Source: a virus. Taken from it: a DNA stretch of 64,000 bases. The notes beneath the pieces were generated by a model. It was not told the origin of the DNA and did no database searches. It was given only the letters and a program-made list of their open reading frames with translations. Positions 1 through 9,034 of the stretch are shown piece after piece. The position numbers were made by a program, and so were the translations under genes. Location of the stretch: the IMG/VR virus record IMGVR_UViG_3300032087_005129, one strand, 5' to 3'. The stretch's first letter is position 1, and each line of letters opens with the position of its first letter.

Positions 1-1
1 T

Positions 2-112
2 GATAATGGTTTTGATGTGACTGGCTTTATTCTTCGTGTAAACTTTGAAAAAGATTTAGTTTCTCATATGTTCATTGTTTCACCAGAGGTAGTACCAGCA
101 GATGACGAATGA
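2..112 (+). CDS. 3' end of a hypothetical protein (partial, runs in from the window edge)
   Basis: Open frame ...DNGFDVTGFILRVNFEKDLVSHMFIVSPEVVPADDE*; its TGA overlaps the next ATG (ATGA at 109-112). Confidence 0.6.
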   Translation, partial: DNGFDVTGFILRVNFEKDLVSHMFIVSPEVVPADDE

Positions 113-495
113 AGTTCAAAGTTTTGACAGAAGAAAACTTCATTCTATTCGCAATGAAACACTACGACAATCCATCGTGTGAAGACGCAGACGAGTTTTA
201 CTCAGATCTCAATCGAATCAAATACATCAAAAGACTTATTCGTAAGTATCTAAATGGTGAAGAACTCAAAGAGAGACTTCTTCTCAATCATTTGATTATT
301 TTCTTCAACGTCTTTGGCATTCAATCTGCAAAAAGAATGATATTTTTTCGCTTTGAAGAAGAGTATCACTCAATACTAAAAACTTTTTTAGTCTATCTAA
401 ACTACATCAAAGATAATGAAACAATCGACAACATTGAGTTAGTCCGAATACCTATAAATACCACTGTTGCAAATGTTCTTCGGGAGATCAAATGA
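109..495 (+). CDS. Conserved T4-like phage hypothetical protein (DUF7207-like)
   Basis: F.LFAMKHYDNP.C...EF..DL.RIKYIKRL...GEELKERLLLNHLI.FFNVFG pattern recognised from marine T4-like phages. Confidence 0.7.
   Translation: MKFKVLTEENFILFAMKHYDNPSCEDADEFYSDLNRIKYIKRLIRKYLNGEELKERLLLNHLIIFFNVFGIQSAKRMIFFRFEEEYHSILKTFLVYLNYIKDNETIDNIELVRIPINTTVANVLREIK
453..460 (+). promoter_or_regulatory. T4-type late promoter TATAAATA
   Basis: Exact consensus, 31 nt upstream of the ATG at 492. Confidence 0.65.
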
Positions 496-1229
496 GCGTT
501 GTAGATACTGTTGTCGCATACAAGTTTATCAAGATTCTCTCCACACCGTGGAAGAAGACTGACGCTTATAAACTTGGCATCATTGATGATAAAGGCACAG
601 TTCTCAAGAAACGAAAAGATCTAAAAACATCAAACGAGAAGAAGGCTTACACAATCTTTCATACTCTTTGTTGGAACATCAAGCGACTACTCGACAAATT
701 GCCTCCAACAAGAACAAGACTCGGCTCTTTTGCAACTGCTTTATGGATGCTAAAAGAGTATCTTGATCTTTCAAGGCTTGATAGTCAAAAACTTTTTGAA
801 ACATCAGAAGATTACTTTAAAGCCAAGGGGCTTGACATTCGCATGAATCTTCTTGAAGGTGCCAAAAAGAAAAGAAAATTAAACAAAGGTAAATACGTTC
901 TCAAAGCAGATGTCACTGAGGATGTGTTTATTGGCGATACAGTGATACTTGAAAACGATTCTTTTCCGATTGCTGAGATTATGAATGTGCCATTGTATCA
1001 AATGATACATGAGAAAACAAAAAGAAAAGTCGTTGTGAGTGGTTATGAAATCAAGGAGCAGCCAGCCAACAACATTGGTGGTGGCAATATTGCTGGTGCA
1101 GGCTATGGTGGACCAGACGATAAGGTTGCAGTTGATATGTCTGGTATTACTGGAAGTATAAATAGAAGAGAACGTAATCGCCAGTCTATGCAAAGTTTGA
1201 CTGGTATAAACTATCCAAGAGGATCATAA
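492..1229 (+). CDS. Conserved T4-like hypothetical protein, possibly head-associated
   Basis: YKFIK.L.TPW.K..AYKLGIID.KG motif; C-terminal EQPANNIGGGNIAG segment typical of this phage family. Confidence 0.65.
   Translation: MSVVDTVVAYKFIKILSTPWKKTDAYKLGIIDDKGTVLKKRKDLKTSNEKKAYTIFHTLCWNIKRLLDKLPPTRTRLGSFATALWMLKEYLDLSRLDSQKLFETSEDYFKAKGLDIRMNLLEGAKKKRKLNKGKYVLKADVTEDVFIGDTVILENDSFPIAEIMNVPLYQMIHEKTKRKVVVSGYEIKEQPANNIGGGNIAGAGYGGPDDKVAVDMSGITGSINRRERNRQSMQSLTGINYPRGS
1157..1164 (+). promoter_or_regulatory. T4-type late promoter TATAAATA
   Basis: Exact consensus upstream of ORF 1231. Confidence 0.5.
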
Positions 1230-1230
1230 A

Positions 1231-1956
1231 ATGGGATTAAACTACAGACAACAAAGAAGTCTAGCCGAATCAGTTGATCATGTTCTAGACCCACAAACAA
1301 ACGAAGTTCACCTAAGTGAAGATTATAGAAACATTCGTGAAAAAGCATCTACTCGTGTTGGTTACCAAATCAAGGCCGCTGGTGATGCTAACATGGATCT
1401 TCCAGATGATGTTATTGATTATGTTATTAACAACATCGCAATGACGGAAGAGGTTATGTCTATTGAGGAAGCGTATGATACAGCGATGAGACAATTGACC
1501 GAAAAACCGTTTGGTTTTGGTAGTAGACCTAGCCGAGGAGGAGGTTTTGGTATTCCTCCTGGTGGTGGTGGTCAAGAAGTAGATCCTGACGTTTCTCCCG
1601 GTGCTGCTGAACCAAAAAAGAAAAAATACAAACAAGATCCTCAATTTATTAGTGATCTTAAAAAATTGATTAAAAAAGGTTGGAAAAAAATTAGAGATAT
1701 CGGTGAGGATATCATAGACTTTATCCTAAAAACAGGAAAAAGTATTGATGATTGGCTAAACGAAAACATTATTGATCCTATTCTTTCTGTGTTCTTTGAA
1801 GATTTGCCTGCTGATCCTGAAAAGCAAAGAGTCATGCGAACAGTTCTGAAAATTGCTTTGTCTTATCTCATAGGCAAATGGATTCGAGGCGGAGGCGGCG
1901 GCGGCGGTACACCGACACCACCCCCACCGATCAATCCACCTTTCGGAGGCGGATAA
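1231..1956 (+). CDS. Hypothetical protein, possible internal head protein
   Basis: Acidic N-half with several L/I-x-E sites, amphipathic basic helices, Gly/Pro tail. Confidence 0.55.
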   Translation: MGLNYRQQRSLAESVDHVLDPQTNEVHLSEDYRNIREKASTRVGYQIKAAGDANMDLPDDVIDYVINNIAMTEEVMSIEEAYDTAMRQLTEKPFGFGSRPSRGGGFGIPPGGGGQEVDPDVSPGAAEPKKKKYKQDPQFISDLKKLIKKGWKKIRDIGEDIIDFILKTGKSIDDWLNENIIDPILSVFFEDLPADPEKQRVMRTVLKIALSYLIGKWIRGGGGGGGTPTPPPPINPPFGGG

Positions 1957-1962
1957 TTAAAA

Positions 1963-2202
1963 ATGGTATCTAAAAATCTTAGATATCTTTCAACAGTAAA
2001 TAGTTTTGAAAATCCAACACAGGATCTTTCGGTTCTATTTTTTGATACACAAACACAAGAGTCGTTCGTAGAGGGTGACCTTACCGAAGATGAGATCGGT
2101 GAGGTCATTCTCAATGAAAGAAAATTGTTTCGTGGAAAATACAAACAACTACCAATAGGAAAACCAGATACGGCGAATACTTTTTATATTGAAAGAAAAT
2201 AA
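1963..2202 (+). CDS. Hypothetical protein
   Basis: 79 aa ORF tightly packed in the + strand gene run. Confidence 0.55.
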   Translation: MVSKNLRYLSTVNSFENPTQDLSVLFFDTQTQESFVEGDLTEDEIGEVILNERKLFRGKYKQLPIGKPDTANTFYIERK

Positions 2203-2226
2203 TCTGGTAATAGAGAGGTATTCGAT

Positions 2227-2676
2227 ATGCTTACAGCATTTTTAAATCCTGAGATGTTGTCCCTACTTACGGGCAGTGTCACAGGATTTATCTTTAAGAG
2301 TCTGGCAGAAAAAAGACAGCAAGAGCAAGATCGCTTTATGCGTTTGCTTGAAGCACAAAAAGCAAGTGATGATAGTGCCGACAAGGCAGCCGCAAGAGTT
2401 AGTATTTCTGCGGGTAAATGGGTAAGAAGATTGATCGTTATCTGCATTCTTTTCGCTACTATCGTAGCCCCTTTTATTATAGCGTTTTCAGATGGTATCA
2501 CCACTGTTGTTGAACATACCGAAACAGTCTATGATTGGTGGGATCTGTTCAAAATGTTCCCGCATGAAACAACACTCTACACCGAAGTGGATGGTTTCTT
2601 ATTTACACCAGAGAATAGAAACATCCTAGTAACAATCGTAGGATTTTATTTCGGCCAAGCAGTAAAAGGCAAATAA
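2227..2676 (+). CDS. Membrane protein, holin-like
   Basis: N-terminal hydrophobic segment, helical linker, KWVRR followed by a TM helix, C-terminal TM ending IVGFYFG; SD GAGG upstream. Confidence 0.55.
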   Translation: MLTAFLNPEMLSLLTGSVTGFIFKSLAEKRQQEQDRFMRLLEAQKASDDSADKAAARVSISAGKWVRRLIVICILFATIVAPFIIAFSDGITTVVEHTETVYDWWDLFKMFPHETTLYTEVDGFLFTPENRNILVTIVGFYFGQAVKGK

Positions 2677-2702
2677 ATACTTTTGTGAAAAGGAGTTATA
2701 TT

Positions 2703-2915
2703 ATGAAAAATGTTTGTTTGTCTTTAATCGCTTTGATGTGTTTCGGGTGTAGTTCGACACAAAAAAGTCCATTCATTTCAGTTAACGATGTGACTGATGA
2801 AACACCCGCAGATCAACTGGTGAGAGATGAAGATGGTCTTGGTGCTGGTGATGCTTTTGGTTGGCTAACTTTACAGGACATGGAGAAAAAAAAACTTCTG
2901 GATTACTTCAAGTAA
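2703..2915 (+). CDS. Small lipoprotein
   Basis: AGGAG SD then MKNVCLSLIALMCFG-C-SS, a lipobox-like signal; true start at 2703 rather than 2685. Confidence 0.6.
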   Translation: MKNVCLSLIALMCFGCSSTQKSPFISVNDVTDETPADQLVRDEDGLGAGDAFGWLTLQDMEKKKLLDYFK

Positions 2916-3085
2916 ATTCAGAACAACAGAATGAGAATGAGCAGGTCAGATATAATTGGCCTGCTATTTTTTTGTATGCTGCTCTTTGCATAGTTTGTGC
3001 GTACACAGTTATTCGTGAGTTCATAGAGCCAATGTATAAACGCCGAACTATGTATGAACAAAACCAACAAAAAACCAAAAAATAA
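2861..3085 (+). CDS. Small single-TM membrane protein
   Basis: WPAIFLYAALCIVCAYTVI hydrophobic stretch and basic C-tail; start codon uncertain. Confidence 0.45.
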   Translation: MANFTGHGEKKTSGLLQVNSEQQNENEQVRYNWPAIFLYAALCIVCAYTVIREFIEPMYKRRTMYEQNQQKTKK

Positions 3086-3137
3086 GAATTTTGTTTCCTA
3101 ACTCCAAAACCATAATAAAAACCAACTTAAAATAGAT

Positions 3138-3165
3138 TTGACAAGACTCTTCTAATTGCTATACT
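3138..3165 (+). promoter_or_regulatory. Sigma70-type promoter TTGACA-N16-(TGc)TATACT
   Basis: Perfect -35 and extended -10; the primase ATG lies 6 nt after the -10. Confidence 0.75.
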
Positions 3166-3171
3166 TCTCTC

Positions 3172-4155
3172 ATGTCTATCTTTACTGACAAAAACTATAT
3201 CAATCGTTTGTCACCTAACTTGCAACTGTTCTCATGGAAAAAAGACGATCTAGCAAACTGTAGGTGTCCTGTCTGTGGTGACTCTAGCAAAAACAAAAGA
3301 AAAGCAAGAGGTTACTTCTATCGAAAAGCAAACAACATGTACTACAAGTGCCACAACTGCGATTTCGGTTGTTCGCTTGGCAACATGATTAAACGTCTTT
3401 CGCCTTCTCTGTTCAAAGAGTATCGTCTTGAAAACTACAGAGCGGGTGAAGTGAACAAGCCAAATGTTTCGAAGCCAGAGTTCAAGTTTGAGCCTGTGAA
3501 ACTTAGAAAGAAGATAGGGGTTCCGATACAAGACTCCCTTCTTTCAGTTTCGTTTCTTCAAGCAAGAAGAATCCCAGAGAATCTATACTCAAAGTTTCGT
3601 TTTTCTGAGTGCTTTATTGATGATGTGAAGAAGGTCAATACTGATATTTCTGTTGGCTCAGAGAGTCGTATTTTAATTCCTGTTTATGATGAAAAGAAAA
3701 ATTTGATTGGCGTTCAAGGCAGAGCGATGAATGGTGAAAAGCCAAAGTACATCACAATCAAAACAGATGGTTATCAAGATCAATTGATCTATGGCTTAGA
3801 TTCTGTAAACGATCAGAAGACGGTCTGTGTGTTTGAGGGTCCGATTGACTCTATGTTCATACCCAATTCTGTTGCTGTTCTAGGAGCGAATCTAAAGGGG
3901 GTAGTAGAGAAATTTAGTGACTGTGTGTTCTGTTTTGACAATGAACCAAGAAACAAACAAATCGTGAGTAAGATGCAAGAAGCGATTGATCTTGGCGAAA
4001 AAGTTTGTATCTGGCCAGAGAGTCTTAAGATAAAAGATATCAATGACATGATAGTGTCTGGAATGACTGTAGAAATGATTCAGAACATTATCGAGTTGAA
4101 CACATTCAGCGGCAATGCTGCAAGATTGAAATTTGTAAAGTGGAGAAAAGCATGA
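3172..4155 (+). CDS. gp61: DNA primase (T4 gp61-like)
   Basis: Zn finger NCRCPVCGDS..NK.KARGY..YKCHNC; TOPRIM motifs VFEGPIDSMF, FDNEPRN, KDINDM. Confidence 0.95.
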   Translation: MSIFTDKNYINRLSPNLQLFSWKKDDLANCRCPVCGDSSKNKRKARGYFYRKANNMYYKCHNCDFGCSLGNMIKRLSPSLFKEYRLENYRAGEVNKPNVSKPEFKFEPVKLRKKIGVPIQDSLLSVSFLQARRIPENLYSKFRFSECFIDDVKKVNTDISVGSESRILIPVYDEKKNLIGVQGRAMNGEKPKYITIKTDGYQDQLIYGLDSVNDQKTVCVFEGPIDSMFIPNSVAVLGANLKGVVEKFSDCVFCFDNEPRNKQIVSKMQEAIDLGEKVCIWPESLKIKDINDMIVSGMTVEMIQNIIELNTFSGNAARLKFVKWRKA

Positions 4156-4880
4156 ATGTATTAGACAAAGGACATGTTGAATATGTCGATCACATGGGAA
4201 GTGACTTGATGGTTGTTAACGCAGCCAGAGTTTCGTTTAGCAGTGAGAGTGAATGGGGGCTTGACTACGATGCAATCGAACGTTTAAAAAGTTCACCATA
4301 CAACAAAGATGATGTTCGAAAACTAAAAGAGAAAGATGAAAAACTAATTCGTTATCTTGCAAAGCACCAGCACTGGACTCCGTTTGCTCATCCGCAGATT
4401 ACGCTAAGAATCAAAGCCCCTGTGTCGATTCGAACACAACTTTTTAAACACAAAGTTGGCTTCACAGAAAATGAAATCAGCAGACGATATGTTTCGTATG
4501 AACCTGAGTTTTACCACCCTGAGTGGAGAAGTAAACCAACAGATGGTGCGAAACAGGGCAGTGATGATTTTGTAACTGAGGAAGCCAAAACAAATTTATA
4601 TGATGCTATTTACAGAGAGTCATGTGAAAAGGCTCTTCATGTTTATAACACATTGATCGAAAAGGGTATTGCACCTGAGCAAGCAAGATTTGTTTTGCCG
4701 CAGGGTATGTACACAGAATGGTACTGGACAGGATCACTTGCTGCGTATGCTCGTGTTGTTCGTCAAAGAGATGATTCTCACGCACAATGGGAAGTTCGTG
4801 AGTATGCAAAAGCAATCTCAAGTTCAATTGAAAATCTTTTTCCTGTATCATGGAAATACCTTACTGCCAACAATAAATAA
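4152..4880 (+). CDS. thyX: FAD-dependent thymidylate synthase
   Basis: VVNAARVSF, HWTPFAH, QLFKHK..NEISRRY, EQARFVLP, HAQWEVR motifs. Confidence 0.95.
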   Translation: MNVLDKGHVEYVDHMGSDLMVVNAARVSFSSESEWGLDYDAIERLKSSPYNKDDVRKLKEKDEKLIRYLAKHQHWTPFAHPQITLRIKAPVSIRTQLFKHKVGFTENEISRRYVSYEPEFYHPEWRSKPTDGAKQGSDDFVTEEAKTNLYDAIYRESCEKALHVYNTLIEKGIAPEQARFVLPQGMYTEWYWTGSLAAYARVVRQRDDSHAQWEVREYAKAISSSIENLFPVSWKYLTANNK

Positions 4881-4913
4881 AATCACACAACCAAACAATG
4901 AAGGAAAAAATAA

Positions 4914-6836
4914 ATGAATCTACCAACACCGTATCAAGACTTTATTCACCTTTCTCGATACTCAAGATGGCTTGAGAACGAAGATCGCAGAGAAAGTTGG
5001 GATGAAACTGTAAATCGTTTTATCGAATTTTTTGAAAATCACATTTCTGAAAATCATAGTGATTTTAATTTTTCGAGGCATCGTGAAGCGATTCGCAAGT
5101 CTATACTTGGTCTTGAGGTAATGCCTTCGATGCGTGCATTGATGACGGCTGGACCTGCGTTGCTTCGTGATTCTGTTGCAGGCTATAACTGTTCATATCT
5201 TCATATCAATAAACCAAAATGTTTTGACGAGATGATGTACATTCTCATGTGTGGTACAGGAGTTGGATTTAGTGTTGAAAGAAACTTTGTTGAAAAATTA
5301 CCAACAATTGCAGAAGACTTTACTGAGAGCGAAACTACAATTGTCGTTGCGGATTCTAAAATTGGCTGGGCAAAAGCCTATCGAGAACTCATCTCGCTAC
5401 TTATTGGAGGTCAGGTGCCAAAGTGGGACTTATCAAAGATTCGTCCTGCTGGGGCAAGACTTCGAACCTTTGGTGGACGAGCGTCGGGTCCTAAACCTTT
5501 GGATGAACTTTTCCACTTTACCGTTGACATCTTCAAAAAAGCAGCAGGTCGCAAACTCACTTCCATTGAATGCCACGACATATGCTGTAAAATTGCTGAA
5601 ATCGTAGTTGTCGGTGGTGTTCGTCGATCTGCTTTGATCTCTTTGTCAGATCTTACTGATGATCGAATGCGTCACGCAAAAAGTGGCAACTGGTGGGGAA
5701 CAGAGCCACAAAGGGCATTAGCAAACAACTCTGCTTGTTATAAATCAAAACCAGAGATTGGTACTTTTATGGATGAGTGGAACTCTTTGTACCGTTCAAA
5801 GAGTGGTGAACGGGGTATCTTTAATCGTCAGGCGGCCAAGAATCAAGTCGAAAGTATCGGTGATGATCGACGAGATTCCAATTATGACTTCGGTACAAAC
5901 CCATGCTCAGAAATTATTCTTCGTGATAAAGAGTTTTGTAACCTCTCTGAGGTTGTTGTTCGTGCAGATGACACACTTGAAACTTTGAGAGAAAAGGTTC
6001 GTGTTGCAACAATTATTGGAACGATCCAATCTACGCTGACAAACTTTAGGTATCTTTCAAGTGATTGGAAAAACAACTGCGAAGAAGAAAGACTTCTTGG
6101 TGTTTCTCTTACTGGTATTATGGACTGCTCAATTCTAAATGGTGAGCATCCTGATCTTCGTGATGTTTTATCTGAACTCAAAGATGTTGCAATCAAAACA
6201 AATAAAAAGGTTGCAAAAGATCTGGGTATTCCTGCGTCTGCTGCAATCACTTGCGTCAAGCCTTCTGGCACAGTTTCGCAACTCGTTGATGCTGCTTCGG
6301 GTATTCATGCACGACACAGCAAGCACTACATTCGCACTGTTCGTGCAGACAATAAAGATCCATTGTGTGACTTTATGAAGCAAAAAGGATTCAAGAGTGA
6401 GCCTTGTGCTATGAAAGGCGACAAGGTTACTGTTTTCTCATTCCCCATTGAATCACCAGACAACGCAACTGTTCGTGAAGATCAAAATGCGATTGAACAA
6501 CTTGAACTTTGGTTGATCTATCAAAGATATTGGTGTGAACACAAGCCATCTATCACTGTTTCTGTTCGTGAGCATGAGTGGATGGATGTTGGCGCCTGGG
6601 TCTACAAGCACTTTGATGAAATTTCTGGCATCTCATTCTTGCCATACAGCGAACATACTTACGCACAAGCACCATACCAAGAGTGTTCAAAAGAAGAGTA
6701 TGAAGCATTGTTGGCTGAAACACCTACCAATATTGATTGGTCAGAACTACAAGACTTTGAAAAAGAGGACAACACTGCTGGCAGTCAAACATATGCTTGC
6801 TCTGGCGACTCTTGTGAAGTCGTAGATTTGACTTGA
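4914..6836 (+). CDS. nrdJ: Class II (adenosylcobalamin-dependent) monomeric ribonucleotide reductase
   Basis: MPSMRAL, YNCS, VVGGVRRSA, GTNPCSEI, TCVKPSGT, C-terminal ACSGDSCE; no nrdB nearby. Confidence 0.93.
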   Translation: MNLPTPYQDFIHLSRYSRWLENEDRRESWDETVNRFIEFFENHISENHSDFNFSRHREAIRKSILGLEVMPSMRALMTAGPALLRDSVAGYNCSYLHINKPKCFDEMMYILMCGTGVGFSVERNFVEKLPTIAEDFTESETTIVVADSKIGWAKAYRELISLLIGGQVPKWDLSKIRPAGARLRTFGGRASGPKPLDELFHFTVDIFKKAAGRKLTSIECHDICCKIAEIVVVGGVRRSALISLSDLTDDRMRHAKSGNWWGTEPQRALANNSACYKSKPEIGTFMDEWNSLYRSKSGERGIFNRQAAKNQVESIGDDRRDSNYDFGTNPCSEIILRDKEFCNLSEVVVRADDTLETLREKVRVATIIGTIQSTLTNFRYLSSDWKNNCEEERLLGVSLTGIMDCSILNGEHPDLRDVLSELKDVAIKTNKKVAKDLGIPASAAITCVKPSGTVSQLVDAASGIHARHSKHYIRTVRADNKDPLCDFMKQKGFKSEPCAMKGDKVTVFSFPIESPDNATVREDQNAIEQLELWLIYQRYWCEHKPSITVSVREHEWMDVGAWVYKHFDEISGISFLPYSEHTYAQAPYQECSKEEYEALLAETPTNIDWSELQDFEKEDNTAGSQTYACSGDSCEVVDLT

Positions 6837-6860
6837 CATTTATTTTTTACCCTGTATAGT
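6833..6860 (+). promoter_or_regulatory. Sigma70-type promoter TTGACA-N16-TATAGT
   Basis: The -35 overlaps the nrdJ stop codon; ATG at 6869 follows. Confidence 0.6.
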
Positions 6861-6868
6861 TGATTCTG

Positions 6869-7240
6869 ATGAGAAAAGTTTGTCGCACATGCAAGCGAAA
6901 AAGAAACGTCAATAAGTTTGCGTTTGCTGGCGTTCCTAGCGAAAAGAAATATCGTCGCACCCAATGTAAGGACTGCGACAATAAACTTCGCAAAGAAAGA
7001 ATTATGAAAACGAAGCAACAATACATCGAATACAAAAAAACATGTACTTGTTCTCGTTGTGGCTACAGCGACTATAGAGCCTTGCAGTTTCATCATCTCC
7101 GTGACAAGAAACACAATGTTTCGGATATGGTGAACTCAGGCTTTTCTTTTGGTGCAATTATGGAAGAAATCAATAAGTGTGAAGTAGTTTGTGCAAACTG
7201 TCACCAGATTGAACATTTAATGGAAAGTAAAGAACAATGA
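6869..7240 (+). CDS. HNH-type (Zn-binding) homing endonuclease-like protein
   Basis: CxxC pairs, C..CG...ALQFHH...K..VS.M...EEINKCEVVCANCH motif. Confidence 0.75.
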   Translation: MRKVCRTCKRKRNVNKFAFAGVPSEKKYRRTQCKDCDNKLRKERIMKTKQQYIEYKKTCTCSRCGYSDYRALQFHHLRDKKHNVSDMVNSGFSFGAIMEEINKCEVVCANCHQIEHLMESKEQ

Positions 7241-7593
7241 GAAAGTATGGTATCTGGATTGAAAGTCTTCAAACTTGGGTAAAAGAAACCTATGTGAGAA
7301 ATGAGAGAACCAAAAAATATCAACCAGTCTACAGTTTGTTTGCCACTCTTGATGAAGCCAATGCTGCTGCTGACGAGATTGATTGGGAGCCAGTTAATCT
7401 CAAAAGAAAGTCTTGGAAGAAAATGAATCGATATGTCGGTAAAAAATTTACAGGCGATGACTGTGGTTCACCAATTCAGAAATACACAAAGAAGCGAAGA
7501 CAAAAGGTTGAAGAAAGTACCAACCTTGAAAATCTTGAACCAGGATTTACTCAAAGAAACTTTGATGAAAATATGAAAAGGACTGCAAAATGA
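7237..7593 (+). CDS. Hypothetical protein
   Basis: ATGA overlaps with both neighbours. Confidence 0.6.
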   Translation: MRKYGIWIESLQTWVKETYVRNERTKKYQPVYSLFATLDEANAAADEIDWEPVNLKRKSWKKMNRYVGKKFTGDDCGSPIQKYTKKRRQKVEESTNLENLEPGFTQRNFDENMKRTAK

Positions 7594-8432
7594 TTTTGCT
7601 TGACTATAATCAAATTGCCATTGCATCTGTAATGGCACAAACACGACAAGATAAGCCAGATGAAAATTTAATTCGTCATATGGTTTTAAATAGCATTCGA
7701 AATATTCGAAATAAATTTAAGAATGATTATGGGGAACTTGTTATCTGTTGCGATACAGGTAACTATTGGAGAAAAGATAAGTTTCCTTTCTACAAAGCAT
7801 CCAGAAAACAAAAACAAAAGAAGTCTGACTTTGATTGGGGTCTCTTGTTTTCTATTCTTGGTAAGGTTCGTGAAGAACTTGATTTGTTTTTTCCATACAA
7901 GGTCTTGCATGTAGAACGTTGTGAAGCAGATGATGTGATTGCAACGCTTTGTAAAAAGTATCATCAGTCTGAGAAGATTGTGATTGTCTCATCTGATAAA
8001 GATTTTCAACAACTACAACGCTATGAAAATGTTCGTCAATGGAATCCAATCAAAAACTCTTTTGTCAAATGTTCTGATCCAGAAAAGTTTTTGCAAGATC
8101 TGATTATTCGTGGCGACAGTTCTGATGGTGTGCCAAATGCATTGTCTGAGGATGACTGTTTGGTTGATCCTGAAAAAAGACAAAAGCCTTTGACTAAAAA
8201 GATGTTGGCTTATTTCCATGATAACTTCTTAAACGATAAAACGCCAGATGAGTATAGGGAGACATTGGAGAGAAATCAATTACTCGTAGATTTCGGTTCT
8301 ATACCAGATGAATATACTATAAATATACTTGAAGAGTACGATAAGAAACCACAAGGTAATCGTTCGAGACTCTTCAATTACTTCATTGCAAAAAGGTTAA
8401 AGGTTCTCATGGAGAACATACAGGAGTTTTAA
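7590..8432 (+). CDS. rnh: T4-type RNase H (5'-3' exonuclease)
   Basis: ILLDYNQI, YWRK..FPFYKASR, EADDVIA, SSDKDF.QLQ, GDSSDGVPN motifs. Confidence 0.95.
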   Translation: MILLDYNQIAIASVMAQTRQDKPDENLIRHMVLNSIRNIRNKFKNDYGELVICCDTGNYWRKDKFPFYKASRKQKQKKSDFDWGLLFSILGKVREELDLFFPYKVLHVERCEADDVIATLCKKYHQSEKIVIVSSDKDFQQLQRYENVRQWNPIKNSFVKCSDPEKFLQDLIIRGDSSDGVPNALSEDDCLVDPEKRQKPLTKKMLAYFHDNFLNDKTPDEYRETLERNQLLVDFGSIPDEYTINILEEYDKKPQGNRSRLFNYFIAKRLKVLMENIQEF

Positions 8433-8435
8433 TTA

Positions 8436-8855
8436 ATGTATAAGATGACAATCCCAGAGATTTTAGACGAACTTGGTAAAATTACAAGTTACAGTGAAAG
8501 AGTTGGTTTCCTACGAACAAATTCTACCAATTCCCTTAAGGATGTTCTTCGTTATATTTTTGATGAAAACATTGTCTTTCCTCTAGACGATCTTCCTCCT
8601 TATAAAAAGAATGATCAACCAGAAGGTTTGGCAGACAACAATCTCTTTCAAGAGGCAAGTAGACTTTATATCTTTGCACAACCAACGATAGATAAAATGG
8701 GTATGCTTCGCACCGAACAAAACTTAATTCCTCTTCTTGAAAGTGTGAGTGCACCAGAAGCAGAACTTATCGGTGAGATTATCACCAATAAAGTCAAGAA
8801 AAAAAATCTAACCAAAAAATTAGTTACGGAGTCTTTTCCAGGTTTAATCCCATGA
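8436..8855 (+). CDS. Conserved T4-like hypothetical protein (DUF6433-like)
   Basis: EIL..FD..I.F.L...PPY...L.QE..RLY.F..LLES....EAEL pattern; sits next to rnh as in related phages. Confidence 0.65.
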   Translation: MYKMTIPEILDELGKITSYSERVGFLRTNSTNSLKDVLRYIFDENIVFPLDDLPPYKKNDQPEGLADNNLFQEASRLYIFAQPTIDKMGMLRTEQNLIPLLESVSAPEAELIGEIITNKVKKKNLTKKLVTESFPGLIP

Positions 8856-9034
8856 AAAAGAGTAAAAGTAAAGATCGACTAGATGATTCTCGTCATCGAA
8901 AAACAAAGATCTTTAAGCAAAAAAACGTGAAGTCTCGTAGACAAACATTCAGAAATATGTCAAATGATGTGAAGACAAACACTGATGATGTTTACAACTA
9001 CGATGTTGAAACGTTTGAAAAATTTAATAATTGA
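8852..9034 (+). CDS. Small hypothetical protein (basic N-half, acidic C-end)
   Basis: ATGA overlap with the upstream gene. Confidence 0.5.
   Translation: MKKSKSKDRLDDSRHRKTKIFKQKNVKSRRQTFRNMSNDVKTNTDDVYNYDVETFEKFNN

Noticed and set aside
1885-1953. GC-rich stretch as a structured RNA or foreign insert
   Set aside because: Explained by Gly and Pro codons of the ORF 1231 tail; only a weak hairpin is possible
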